Positions 1 to 10,574 of a stretch of DNA of 64,000 nucleotides are shown piece by piece. The position numbers and the translations under genes are program-made. The stretch lies in contig OY729427.2 of assembly GCA_963422375.2 (NCBI GenBank), forward strand, positions 1,728,001 to 1,792,000, in the 5' to 3' direction. The notes beneath the pieces are model-generated. The model did no database searches. It saw only the letters and a list, made by a program, of their open reading frames with translations, and had not been told where the DNA came from. This DNA comes from Bryobacterales bacterium (GTDB taxonomy: Bacteria > Acidobacteriota > Terriglobia > Bryobacterales > UBA6623). Positions within the stretch are counted from its first letter, which is position 1. Every line of letters starts with the position of its first letter.

Positions 1-886
1 TCTCTTCCCCGCTCGGCTCGAACTTGAAGACCTCGAGAGACAGCCATCCCGCGTATCCGATGTCCTTGAGCGCCTGCAGCGGAACCGCGAAGTCGTACGA
101 TCCGGTTCCCGGATGCCTCCCGTCCATTTCGTTGATGTGGACGTGACGGATCAGCGCCGCATGCCGCTTGATCAGCTCGTCGTGAGGATTCTCCTCGGCC
201 ACCGCGTTGTGAGTGTCGAACATGGTTTGGACGGCGGGGTGGTCGATCTCGCGCACCATGGCGACAGTCTGGTCCATCGAAGTCAGAACGTCGCAGAGGT
301 GCGGCGCCAGCGTTTCAGGAAGGATCGTCACGCCTCGGTCTTGCGCATGCTGTGCCGCGCCTGCCAGGCCGTCCCGCAGCCGCCGGGTCGCGTCCTCGAC
401 GGTCGACCCGCCGATCGCGCGGCGCTGCTTTCCCGAGCCGAGGATCATCATCCCGTTGTCGCCCAGATCCGCGCACAGGTCGATCAGCTTGCGGAAGTAC
501 TCCCAGCTGCGAGCGCGAACCGCGTCGTCGGGCGTCGTGACGTGCAGCTCGCCGCTCGGCACGGTCAGAAGGCTGTGCAGCCCCACGTAGCCCAGGCCCT
601 CGCCCTCGATGGCGCTCCTGTATTCCTTGCGATCCGGCGGCGGAATCGCCGCCGGATCGCTGGAGAGCGTGAACGGAGCGATCTCGATTCCCGCGTAACC
701 GGTTTCGATGGCGCCGCTGCACCCGGCTGCGAAGTCCCATCCCTGGAAGGTCTCGTTGCAGATCGCGAGCCGGAACGGCTCCGTCGGATCGGCGCGGGTC
801 TCGTCGGTCTCGCTGGCGGTCGGGCGCGGAGCGGTGCAGCCGGACGACGCCAGTAGCGCCAGGACCTCCCGTCGGCTGGGTCTCAT
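1..886 (-). CDS. Sugar phosphate isomerase/epimerase (xylose-isomerase-like TIM barrel, tagatose/psicose 3-epimerase-like), Tat/lipoprotein-like N-terminus; runs off the window start
   Basis: Not in the ORF track. Manual minus-strand translation: MRPSRREVLALLASSGC...RLAICNETF...GIEIAPF...ILPETL...MFDTHN...HVHINE...GYAGWLSLEVF. ATGA overlap with the stop of the upstream amidohydrolase at 883-886. Confidence 0.85.
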   Translation of the reverse strand, partial: MRPSRREVLALLASSGCTAPRPTASETDETRADPTEPFRLAICNETFQGWDFAAGCSGAIETGYAGIEIAPFTLSSDPAAIPPPDRKEYRSAIEGEGLGYVGLHSLLTVPSGELHVTTPDDAVRARSWEYFRKLIDLCADLGDNGMMILGSGKQRRAIGGSTVEDATRRLRDGLAGAAQHAQDRGVTILPETLAPHLCDVLTSMDQTVAMVREIDHPAVQTMFDTHNAVAEENPHDELIKRHAALIRHVHINEMDGRHPGTGSYDFAVPLQALKDIGYAGWLSLEVFKFEPSGEE

Positions 887-1941
887 AGCTTGAACAGGCG
901 CTTGGCGTTCCCGCCGAAGATCAGCGCTTGGTCCGCGTCGTCGAGGTCCAGGCTGTGGATGCAGGTCGCGATCACCTTGGGATCCACCCAGGGGTGGTCG
1001 CTCGAGTAGAGCATGCGCTCGGACCCGACGCAGTCGATTCCGTACTGGACAGCCATGGGAATCGGCGAGACCGCATCGAGGTAGATGTTGCGGAGGTACT
1101 CGCTCGGGGGCTTGGCGATGTGCTCGGCCCCGCGCCCGAGCACCTGCGTCTGGTGATCCAGACGTCCGATCAGGTAGGGCAGGGTGCCCCCGACGTGAGG
1201 GCATACGAGCTTGAGATCGGGGAACCTGTCGAGCACTCCCGAGAGAATGAGGCGGGCCAGCGCGATGGTGGTGTCGAACATCAGGCCGAGGCCCGCGACT
1301 AGGTTCCGTCCCACGGTGGCGTTGTAGGTCACCGGATAGGCGGGATGGAGCAGGACGGGCACGTCGAGGCGCTGGACGTGCTCGAACAGCGGGAGGTACC
1401 GGTCCTCGTCGGGAAAGGACCCGTCGAGATTGGAGTACAGCAGCACCCCCTTCATGCCGCGCTCGTTCACGCAGCGGTCGAGTTCCTTCAGCGACGCCTC
1501 GATGTTCTGGAGCGGCAGGACGATCAGTCCGAACAGGCGCTCGGGATACTGCGTGGCTAGGCTGCTGACGTAGTCGTTGACCATCCGGGCGACATGCGGG
1601 CCGTCGTCGCCGAAGAGTTCCGGGCCCGGGTCGTTGATGCTCAGAGCCGTCAGGGCGATGCCTGCCTCGTCCATGTCGGCCAGCTTGGCGTCGATGTCCG
1701 TGTGATGCTCGCGCAGGCGGCGGTGCCACTCGCCGACAACGACGTAGGTGCTCCCGTCTTTGCGGTAAGCGTAGGGCGGGACCGTGCGCTTCTCCATGAA
1801 GGCAACCAGCTCGGGGACGAAGATGTGGCTCTGGCAGTCGATGGTGGGGTGCTTCGGCTTGACGTAGGCACCCGCCGCCACCGCCGTGGATACGGCCGCC
1901 CCTTGGGATTGCAAGAACTGTCTCCTGTTCAGAATGCTCAT
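883..1941 (-). CDS. Amidohydrolase_2 family protein (ACMSD/LigJ-like decarboxylase or hydratase) with Tat signal
   Basis: NRRQFL twin-arginine motif; IDCQSH, VLLHP, PHVGGTLP and YSSDHP motifs. Confidence 0.85.
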   Translation of the reverse strand: MSILNRRQFLQSQGAAVSTAVAAGAYVKPKHPTIDCQSHIFVPELVAFMEKRTVPPYAYRKDGSTYVVVGEWHRRLREHHTDIDAKLADMDEAGIALTALSINDPGPELFGDDGPHVARMVNDYVSSLATQYPERLFGLIVLPLQNIEASLKELDRCVNERGMKGVLLYSNLDGSFPDEDRYLPLFEHVQRLDVPVLLHPAYPVTYNATVGRNLVAGLGLMFDTTIALARLILSGVLDRFPDLKLVCPHVGGTLPYLIGRLDHQTQVLGRGAEHIAKPPSEYLRNIYLDAVSPIPMAVQYGIDCVGSERMLYSSDHPWVDPKVIATCIHSLDLDDADQALIFGGNAKRLFKL

Positions 1942-2156
1942 GTCCGGGGGCTGCGATTCTCGCGCCTCCTAGGCTCGCCCCGCCATAGTATGCGCGATCG
2001 CGCGCTTCCGTGTGTCGTTTCGCCGGGGCTCGGCCGCCCGGACGGGGGCGAATCGGTCGGCGAGACGGCTGTGCGGTCCGATGCCTGCCAAGCCCGGTTC
2101 CCGGGGCAGGCGGGCTACCACCGGTTGATCCTTGCTCACTTGACGCTTGCCGCGAA

Positions 2157-3327
2157 ATGAGCAAGGACATGATCAAGAGGCGACACAAGCGTCTGATCGC
2201 GCGGCAACTCCGTGAAGCACCGGCGGTCGTGCTGTTCGGACCGCGGCAGGTGGGCGAGGCCACTCTCGCCCGCAGCATGGCGACGGAACTTCCGGATTCC
2301 GCGTACCTTGACTTCGAGGCCCAGAGAGATCTGGCCAAGCTGGCGGACCCGGCGCTGTATCTCGATGCCTATCGCTGACGCACCGTGATTCTCGACGAGG
2401 TCCAGCGCATTCCTGACCTGTTTCTCGGTCCTGCTCGGCCAGATTGACGAGCGCTGCCCTCAAGGCAAGCCTAGCGTGCGCCTCCTCCTGCTCGGCTCCG
2501 TGTCCGAGGCGTTGCTCCGGCAATCGGCTGAGTCGCTCGCCGGCCGCGCCGTCTATTGCGAGCTGCCGGGACTCGACGTCTTCGAGCTCGGCGGCCAGAG
2601 CGAGAGACTCTGGATCCCCGACGGATTCCCGGAATCCTTCAATGCCGCCGCCGAATGGGCCAGCGCTCGCTGGCGCCATAGCCTGATCCGCACGTACCTG
2701 GAGCGCGACATCCGGCAGTTCCGGTTCCCGCCGTCAAGCTGCGGCGCTTCTGGACGATGCTCGCCCACCGGGCGGGAGCGCTGCTCAATGCTTCGGACTT
2801 CGCGCAGCCTCGACGTGTCAGCGCCAGCGGCGGCTCGCTACGCTGACCTGCTCGCGGACCTGACGCTGGTGCGCCGTCCGCCCCCGTATTCCGTCAACGT
2901 CGGCAAGCGGCTGGTCAAGGCTCCCAATCTGTAGGCTAGGGACAGCGGAATGCTTCATGAGCTTCCGGTCGTCCGCAGCATGGATGACGTGCTCTCGCAT
3001 CCGGTCGCGGGTCCGAGCTCGGAGGGTTTCGTGATCGAGAACCTCCTAGCCGCGGCCCCCGAGGGCACGGACGCATTCTTCGGTCGGACGAGGGAGGGAG
3101 CGGAGATCGACTTGCTTCTACGGTTGCCCGACCAGGGGCTCTGGGCGATCGAAGTCAAGCGAAGCTCGGCGCCGCGACTCCGCAATGGATTCCGACTGGC
3201 CGTCGTGGATGTGAGACCGGCGAAGCAGTTCGCCGTGCATTCGGGGGAAGGTGAGTTTCCCCTTGCCCAGGCGACTACCGCAGTGTTACTCACTCGGCTC
3301 ATCTCCCGGCTCCTTCGAATGCGCTAG
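2157..3327 (+). pseudogene. AAA_14 / DUF4143 ATP-binding protein, disrupted
   Basis: Degenerate Walker A GPRQVGEAT; ILDEVQ, LLLGS, ESLAGR, TYLERD, NVGKRLVKAP, EIDLLL and AIEVKRS spread over several frames with internal stops. Confidence 0.85.
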
Positions 3328-3459
3328 CCAGGATTGATGAACGACCGTACATCCTCCGGCGGTTTTGAGGCCGGGCGGAAGTGCGCTCGCGCGGCGTCTC
3401 CGAGGAAGCTGGTAGGTGGAAACCGGCCTATCGCGGGAGTCGCCTGTGGTCGCGGCTAA

Positions 3460-4788
3460 GGACTTTGATCGATATTAAGTTTCCAACTTCATCGTGGATG
3501 TAGTTCGTAGTTCCAATCACCGTGGAACTCGTTCGGATGGAGCGACAGGGCGTCCATCTCCGCCTTCGTTACTGCCTCACCGGTCGGGTACTTTCTATTG
3601 TCAAGTTCGGCTTTGACCCGAAGGCCGGCGGCTGTTCGCGTACCGCCGATCAAGTCGACAATGGTCTCAAATGCACGCAGTGGCTTGCCTCGCCAATTCT
3701 GCGTGACGTGGCAGAACAGGCGGTGCTCAATCTTATTCCATTTACTGGTCCCCGGCGGGAAGCGGCTGACGCGGATGCGAAGACATGTCTCGTCAGCGAA
3801 CTTCTGCAGTCGATGCTTCCAGGCGCACTTCCAGGCGCGAGCGCGATACCCGTTGCTACCGCCCGCATCCGCAGTGATGAACAGCTCGCCAGCCTCGGGG
3901 TAGCGGCGCTTCCCCGTCTCGTTCCACCACCGTCGCAGCGAGGCCGCGGCAAACGCGGGCGTGTCGTGATCACGTCCGACATTCACCCATGCTTCGTTGC
4001 GCCCCATGTCATGGATGCCATACGGCATCGCTTTGCCGGACGAGTCCTTGGGAAAATCATGCACCAGTGATTTCCCGGGGCTCCCCTGCGGTTGCCATGC
4101 CCGCCCGCCGTTCTTGAATTCACCCGCCAGTTCCTTCTTCTCGGTGTCGACCGAGACCACCGGCTGACAACGTTGCGGGAAATCATCCGCCTTCGTATGG
4201 ATGTGCTCGAACTGCGCGTCCCGGTCGGGGCGGGTTGTCCCTTCGAGACTCTTGCGCACCGATTGCAGGCTGCAGCCAAGCTCGTGCAGTGAACGGCTCG
4301 CCGTCGTCGAACTCACCTGCCAACCCGCCTGCGACAACGCCGCCTGCGACAACGCCGCGGTGAGCTTCGCCCGACTCTTGCATGTCCAGCGCAACGGCGA
4401 CTCCGGGTCACCGCGCGTCAACGGGTCCACCAGCTTCTCCAGCGCTTGCTCGATGCCCGGCCGCGACTGCTCGATGCCGGGCCGGGCGGCGCCCGGGCGG
4501 CGTATCCGACCGCGTTCAACACTGCCGGATTCCAGCTCTCGACGCCCCGCGCGGATGGCGCGGATGGTCGGGCGCGACAACCCAGTCGCGTCCGATACCA
4601 GCGCATCTCCCCCATACCCGATGGCACGCGACTCCGTCGCCGCCCATAGCCGACGCCCGCGCTCGTCGAGAAACGCTTCCACCGCCGCGTACTGCTCAAC
4701 AATTGTCGCTTCGAGTTCAAGATTGCGTCTCATCGGATGACGAGAACACAAAACTCAGAACATGGAAATCTAATTCCCGACAACGTCC
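3460..4788 (-). mobile_element. ISAzo13-family insertion sequence; transposase ORF 3489-4751 is open but degenerate
   Basis: Motifs RGDPESPLRWT, VSVDTEKKE, ITADAGGSNG, PPGTSKWNKIEHRLF, FHGDWNY. Imperfect IRs GGACTTTGATCG / CGACAACGTCC, flanked by TAA at 3457-3459 and 4789-4791. Confidence 0.9.
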
Positions 4789-5112
4789 TAAGCGATGCTA
4801 CCAAGCTGGTCCCCGGTCACCCTTCTAGGCCGAGAGTGCCTGCGCAGGGCGCAGGTCGCACGCGAATAGTCCGGCCTGGACTTGCCGGTGTCACAAGGCT
4901 CACCGTGGAGTACCGCTGCCCGTTTACTGAAGGCGTCAAGAGTCTTCTCCATGGATAACCCCAGTACTTGAATGCACTTCGCCGGCGTGAAAAACGCGGC
5001 GACCCGCGCCGGTGTCCGCTTCAGTTACTCCAATTTATCGGCCAACGTGTCTTCGAAGACATCTATTTTCTTGACTTTCTGCTGGAGAACTCTTCTCTTT
5101 ACCAGTTACTAT

Positions 5113-6040
5113 AGTGTCTCCAATGAGTTCAATTTCGGGATTAATTCCTGATCGATTTCTCGAGTGCGATGGTGCTGCGCCGAACCTGGCAGCGCGTGAT
5201 CTCGGCGAACCAGCGCTCGACTTTGTCGAGCCACGAAGCGCTGGTCGGCGTGTAGCGCAGGTGGTAGTGCGGGCCGCGGGACAGCCAGTTGTGGATCATG
5301 ACCGTCTCGTGCGGGCTGTAGTTGTCCAGCGCGAGATGGATGTCCAAGCCGGGAGGGACCGCCTTGTCGACGATCGCGAGGAACTGCTTGAAATCAAGGG
5401 CCCGGTGGCGGCGGAAACACTTGCCGATGGCCTCGCCGGTGGCGGCGTTGAGGTCCGCGAAGAGCGACGCGACCCCGTTGTGCTTGCAGTCTTGCGTCAG
5501 CCGCGTCGGTGCCCTGGCCGTATCGGCAGGACCGGCCGGGTGCGATCAAGCGCCGGGATCCGCGTGGCCCCGTGCGGCACGGACTCCAGCGTGCGGGTAA
5601 CCACGTGCTCCACGTCCGCGCCGGCTGCTGACGCTGCGCCCCGGGGCCGCACGCGGCACGTCCAGCAGAGCGTCGCAGCCGTGCGCCGAGAAGTGTTGTC
5701 GCCGCCACTTGCCAACCGTGGCACGGGTGGTCCTGAGCTGGCCTGCCACGGCGATGTCGCTCTGCCCCTTGGCGCACTTCAGGAGCATGCGCGCCTGCAA
5801 GGCCAGTGCATGGAAAGTCATCCGGCGGCTCGACCAGCACAGCAGATCCTCGCGCCGCTCCTGAATCGGCACCGGCACTACTCTGGTGTTGTGGTTCGGG
5901 ATGGTGCCTACCGATTCCATCCTACCAAGACGATCATCTAGTGGTCAAGAATCTTCGGAGAAGGCCAATAGTATGTAGTTGCCAAGGCGCAAGGTGCTCA
6001 GGTCGCACACATCGGCTCATATCAAGTCATTGGTGGGACT
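5113..6040 (-). mobile_element. IS630-family element remnant (frameshifted, internally deleted)
   Basis: N-terminal HTH fragment ALQARMLL...TVGKWR...LLDVPR (5546-5920) and C-terminal fragment DIHLALDNY...TPTSASWLDKVERWF (5141-5347). Imperfect IRs 5113-5131 and 6022-6040 match at 14/19. Confidence 0.8.
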
Positions 6041-6065
6041 TCCATATGAATAACTCATGCTGAAT

Positions 6066-6311
6066 TCTAGAATAAATTTCCGACACTTCTCACGATATCT
6101 GGCCGAATTCTTAGAATATTTCTGGATAGAAAATCCGAATGGAACAGATTTGCTGTATAGGAATCACGGCTTGAAAATGATGTACGATGATATTTCTGAA
6201 GAAGAGGAGTGTAGTCAGTTGTTAGAATCAAGAACTTATTTTCGTTGCGTCTGAATCCGCTGACGACAGGGATAATCTTGATATCAGTTTCGCTATCCCC
6301 CGCTTTGATTA
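6066..6311 (-). pseudogene. C-terminal fragment of a low-GC hypothetical protein, probable partner of 15653-15863
   Basis: Minus strand reads IKAGDSETDIKIIPVVSGFRRNENKFLILTTDYTPLLQKY and, after a frameshift, HFQAVIPIQQICSIRIFYPEIF. It begins exactly at the IS1595 end at 6312. Confidence 0.55.
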
Positions 6312-7661
6312 GGGAATTATATATCTGAGTGCCGACAACGCCATGTCCGACTAGAACTGCTGTGAGCAGGGAGGTCGGTGTCGAGCTCGGGTCATTCGAG
6401 TGCGGCCGCGATGGGCACAGAGGGGTGGGATCGTCTCTGAATCGAACCTGCCAGCGGATTGGACGAGGAACGGACTAGAGAGGCCGCCGCGCATGCCCCG
6501 GTGGAACCCGGTTGGCGGTGGCAGGGCACCCCTTGCAAGCCGCTTGCAGGCCCTGCGAGGGCCGAAGACAGCGGATCCCCGGCGCTCGACGGCCTGCATG
6601 GACGGGCCGGGCCGGGGTCGCGCCGGGGCATTCCGGATCCGGTGCGCCCCTCGCACCGAGCGTGCAGCGCACCGAGCGTGAAGAGTGCGCCCGCAGCGGG
6701 CTGCCGCGCTCGGCGCGGCGGGTGCCGCTCGGGCCGCGACCGCGGCCTTGCCGGTCAGCTGCCGGTAGGTCAGCGTCCGGCCGACCAAGCCCCGCGCCAT
6801 GCGCCGCATCCGTTCCGCCGTGTCGCAGTCGCGGTCGTTGCACCGTCCCGCGAACTCCGTCAGGTAGCGACCCGGATGACGGACGCTCATCCGCTGATAG
6901 GTGCCGTACAGGCCGCGCTTGAACAGGGACCAAAACGATTCGATGCCGTTCGCATGCGCTGCCCCGCGCACGTACTCGCCGCCGGAGGAGTGCCTGACGG
7001 CTTCGTGCGGGAACTCCTCCATGCCGGCGCAGGCCGCCGCCTCGTCGGAGCGGACCTGCGCCCCCGGCGCGACGCGGGCGCGCACGAAGCCCTGCAGGTC
7101 GCCCTTGGCGGTGCCCGGCAGCGGCCGCGCGGCCGCTGCGTTCGTGGCGCGGTCCCGCGCCCCCGCCACCGGGGTCTTGCCGACGGGCCCGCGCCCGGCG
7201 CGGGCCTTCTTGCTCTCGCGCTTGTTGCGCTCCTTGCCGCCGACGTAGGTCTCGTCCACCTCCACCGGGCCGGCGAACAGGCCCTGATCCCGCTCCCGGC
7301 ACGCGCGGATGCGGTGCGCCAGGTGCCGGGCCGACTTCCGGCTGATGCCCGGGTCGCGGTGCAGCTTCATGCTCGAGACGCCCTTGATGCCGGTGGTCAG
7401 CAGGAACAGGGAGACGGCCCGGGTGCGGTAGCCGAGCTCGGTGTCGGCCATCACGCTGCCGGCGCGCACGGAAAAGCGCTTGCCGCAGCCGCGGCAACGG
7501 TACGGCATCGAAGGGTGGGCCGAGCCGGACTGCACGCTGGAGCCGAGGCAGTGGGGGCACGCGGGACCGTCCGGCCAGCGCATGGCAGCGAACCATCTTT
7601 CCGCGGATTCGTCATCGGGGAACATGGCGATCACTTCGATCAAGGTGATGCCTTTACGAAA
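6312..7661 (-). mobile_element. IS1595-family element, type A (ISNwi1-like ends), copy 1; 5' end lost
   Basis: IR GGGAATTATATATCTGAGTGCCGA at 6312. Zn ribbon CPHC...YRCRGC; VEVDETYVGG, VRSDE, NGIESFWSLFKR. Transposase is cut at FRKG by another IR at 7662. Confidence 0.9.
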
Positions 7662-7791
7662 GGGAATTATATATCTGAGTGCCGAGGGAACCAATTCGGC
7701 AAATTATCATGCGAGCCTTTTGCAAGAATTCCGAGCTAATAGCATTATCATTTAGTTATTCTATTAAGTATTCTATATAATAAATAAAATA
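7662..7791 (+). mobile_element. Orphan 5'-type end of an IS1595 type A element followed by very AT-rich DNA
   Basis: GGGAATTATATATCTGAGTGCCGAGGGAACCAATTCGGCAAATTATCA resembles the 5' ends at 14183 and (reverse) 10421, then diverges. Confidence 0.7.
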
Positions 7792-8857
7792 CCTGATTAC
7801 CAACGAACATAAGCCGAGAATATTCTATACTGGAGGAGGTCGAAAATCTTTGATAAGAAAGGGGATAGCAGATGAAACGCAATCACTTGTAATTCCAGAA
7901 GGGACTCAGTCTGGGCAAGTTCTGGGCAAGTTACTGCAGCGCTACGGCAGCGCTACGGCAGCGAGGGGCCATGCGAGCAGGCCGTCTTCAAGGCCCGCTG
8001 GCCGGACGGCTTCCGCTGCCCGGAGTGCGGCTCCCGCCGGCACTGCCGCATCCGCTCCCGCAAGCTCCGGCAGTGCCATGCCTGCCACCGCCGGACCTCC
8101 CTCGTCGCCGGCACGATCTGCGCCGCCACCCAGCTGCCGCTGACCGTCCGGTTGCTGGCGCTCCACCTGCTGACGCAGGGCCAGCACGGCGTTTCGTCGC
8201 TGGAACTGGCGCGGCAGCTGGGCGTGAGCCGGAACACGGCTTGGAAGGTGCAGCACAAGCTCCTGCAAGTGATGCAGGAGCGCGACGAGCGCGTGCCGCG
8301 GGCGGCATCGTGCAGGTGGACGACGCCTACCGGGGCGGGGAGCGGAGCGGCGGCAAGCGCGGGCGCGGCGCGGCGGGCAAGACGCCGTTCGTCGCCGCCG
8401 TGCAGGTCACCGTGCAGGTCAGCGCCGCCGGCCAGCCGGCAAGGATGCGCATGAGCAGCGTGGCGGGCTTCCGCAAGAAGATGCTGGCAGCATGGGCCGG
8501 GCGGCACTTGCAGCCCGGCACGGAGGTGCATTCCGACGGCCCGGCCTGCTGCCGGGGCGTGGCCGACGCCGGCTGCGAGCACGTGCCGACCGTCACCGGA
8601 GGCGGGCAGCGGAGCTGCGGGGATTCCCGCTTCTTCCGGGTCCACACGATGCTGGCGAACGTCAAGCGGTCCCTGGCGGGAACCTGCCATGCGCTCGACG
8701 GCAAGCACCTGCCGCGGTACCTCGCCGAGTTCCGCTACCGCTTCAACCGCCGCTACGATCTGCAGGTGCTGGTCCCCCGCCTGCTCCACGCCTCCGTGCG
8801 CACCCCGCCCAAGCCTTACCGCCTCCTAACCTTGGCTGAGTCTTGTGGGTAATCAGG
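7792..8857 (+). mobile_element. IS1595-family element, type B (CCTGATT ends), copy 1; frameshifted transposase
   Basis: IRs CCTGATTACC / GGTAATCAGG. ARWPDGFRCPECG, IVQVDDAY, GKTPFVAAV, YLAEFRYRFNRR. No matching target duplication. Confidence 0.9.
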
Positions 8858-8870
8858 TTGTGAAATAAAG

Positions 8871-10421
8871 GGGAATTATATATCTGAGTGCCGACAACGC
8901 CATGTCCGACTAGAACTGCTGTGAGCAGGGAGGTCGGTGTCGAGCGCGGGGCATTCGAGTGCGGCCGCGGCGGGCACGGAGGGGTGGGATCGTATCTGAA
9001 TCGAGCCTGCCAGCGGATTTGACGAGCAACGGACTAGAGAGGCCACCGCGCATGCCCCGGTGGAACCCGGTTGGCGGTGGCAGGGCACCCCTTGCAAGCC
9101 GATTGCAGGCCCTGCGAGGGCCGAAGACAGCGGATCCCCGGCGCTCGACGGCCTGCATGGACGGTCCGGGCCGGACTGGGGTCGCACCGGGGCATGCCGG
9201 ATCCGGTGCGCCCCTCGTACCGAGCGTGAAGCGCACCGAGCGCACCGAGCGTGAAGAGCGCGCCCGCAGCGGGCTGCCGCGCTCAGCGCGGCGGGCGCCG
9301 CTCGGGCCGCGACCGCGGCCTTGCCGGTCAGCTGCCGGTAGGTCAGCGTCCGGCCGACCAAGCCCCGCGCCATGCGCCGCATCCGTTCCGCCGTTGTTCC
9401 GCCGTGTCGCAGTCGCGGTCGTTGCGCCGTCCCGCGAACTCCGTGAGGTAGCGGCCGAGATGACGGACGCTCATCCGGTGATAGGTTCCGTACAGGCCGC
9501 GCTTGAACAGGGACCCAAACGATTCGATGCCGTTCGTATGCGCTGCCCCGCGCACGTACTCGCCGCCGGAGTGCCTGACGGCTAGTGCCTGACGGCTTCG
9601 TGCGGGAACTCCGCCATGCCGGCGCAGGCCGCCGCCTCGTCGGAGCGGACCTGCGCCCCCGGCGCGACGCGGGCGGGCGCGAAGCCCTGCAGGTCGCCCT
9701 TGGCGGTGCCCGGCAGCGGCCGCGCGGCCGCTGCGTTCGTGGCGCGGTCCCGCGCGCCCGCCACCGGGGTCTTGCCGACGGGCCCGCGCCCGGCGCGGGC
9801 CTTCTTCCTCTCGTGCTTGTTGCGTTCCTTGCCGCCGACGCAGGTCTCGTCCACCTCCGCCGGGCCGGCGAACAGGCCCTGATCCCGCTCCCGGCACGCA
9901 CGGATGCGGTGCGCCAGGTGCCAGGCCGACTTCCGGCTGATGCCCAGGTCGCGGTGCAGCTTCATGCTCGAGACGCCCTTGATGCCGGTGGTCAGCAGGA
10001 ACAGGGCGACGGCCCGGGTGCGGTAGCCGAGCTTGGTGTCGGCCGTCACGCTGCCGGTGCGCACCGAAAAGCGCTTGCCGCAGCCGCGGCAACGGTACGG
10101 CATCGAAGGGTGGGCCGCGTCGGACTGCACGCTGGAGCCGCGGCAGCGGGGGCACGCGGGACCGTCCGGCCAGCGCATGGAGGCGAACCACTTTTCCGCG
10201 GATTCGTCATCGGGGAACATGGCGATCACTTCGATCAATGTGATGCCTTTACGGAACCACTTTCCGGGACCTGGTTTCTTCATTTACGACATCCCATACT
10301 GGAACTATTCTACCAAGAAATACCACAGAATGTCAACGGAAAATCGGAAGAAATATGAAATCTTATTATGGCTTGATAATTTGCCGACTTGATTCCCTCG
10401 GCACTCAGATATATAATTCCC
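8871..10421 (-). mobile_element. IS1595 type A copy 2, full length with 8-bp TSD; transposase (from 10283) broken by a 14-bp duplication
   Basis: Both IRs present. AAATAAAG at 8863-8870 and 10422-10429. AGTGCCTGACGGCT duplicated at 9570-9597 creates a stop. Confidence 0.95.
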
Positions 10422-10479
10422 AAATAAAGCCGTTCTGGCCTTTTCACCGATTTCTTATCCGGTGATCAGGGTCGATATC

Positions 10480-10515
10480 GACGCAGGCGGCCTCCCACGG
10501 GAGGCCCGCCGCGTC
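10480..10515 (-). terminator. GC-rich hairpin downstream of the PL8 lyase gene
   Basis: GACGCAGGCGGCCTCCC-AC-GGGAGGCCCGCCGCGTC, about 60 bp after the stop. No clear U-tract. Confidence 0.4.
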
Positions 10516-10574
10516 TAGGCCTTGACCGGCCGCGCGTTCGAGCTAGCTGCTCCCTGCGCGAGCAGGACCGCCGC

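Noticed and set aside
6057..6254. 65-aa AT-rich plus-strand ORF
   Set aside because: The minus-strand reading is better explained as a gene fragment truncated exactly at the IS end.
6351..7694. Intact 447-aa IS1595 transposase
   Set aside because: Its N-terminus is read from a foreign IR, and conserved residues are degenerate.
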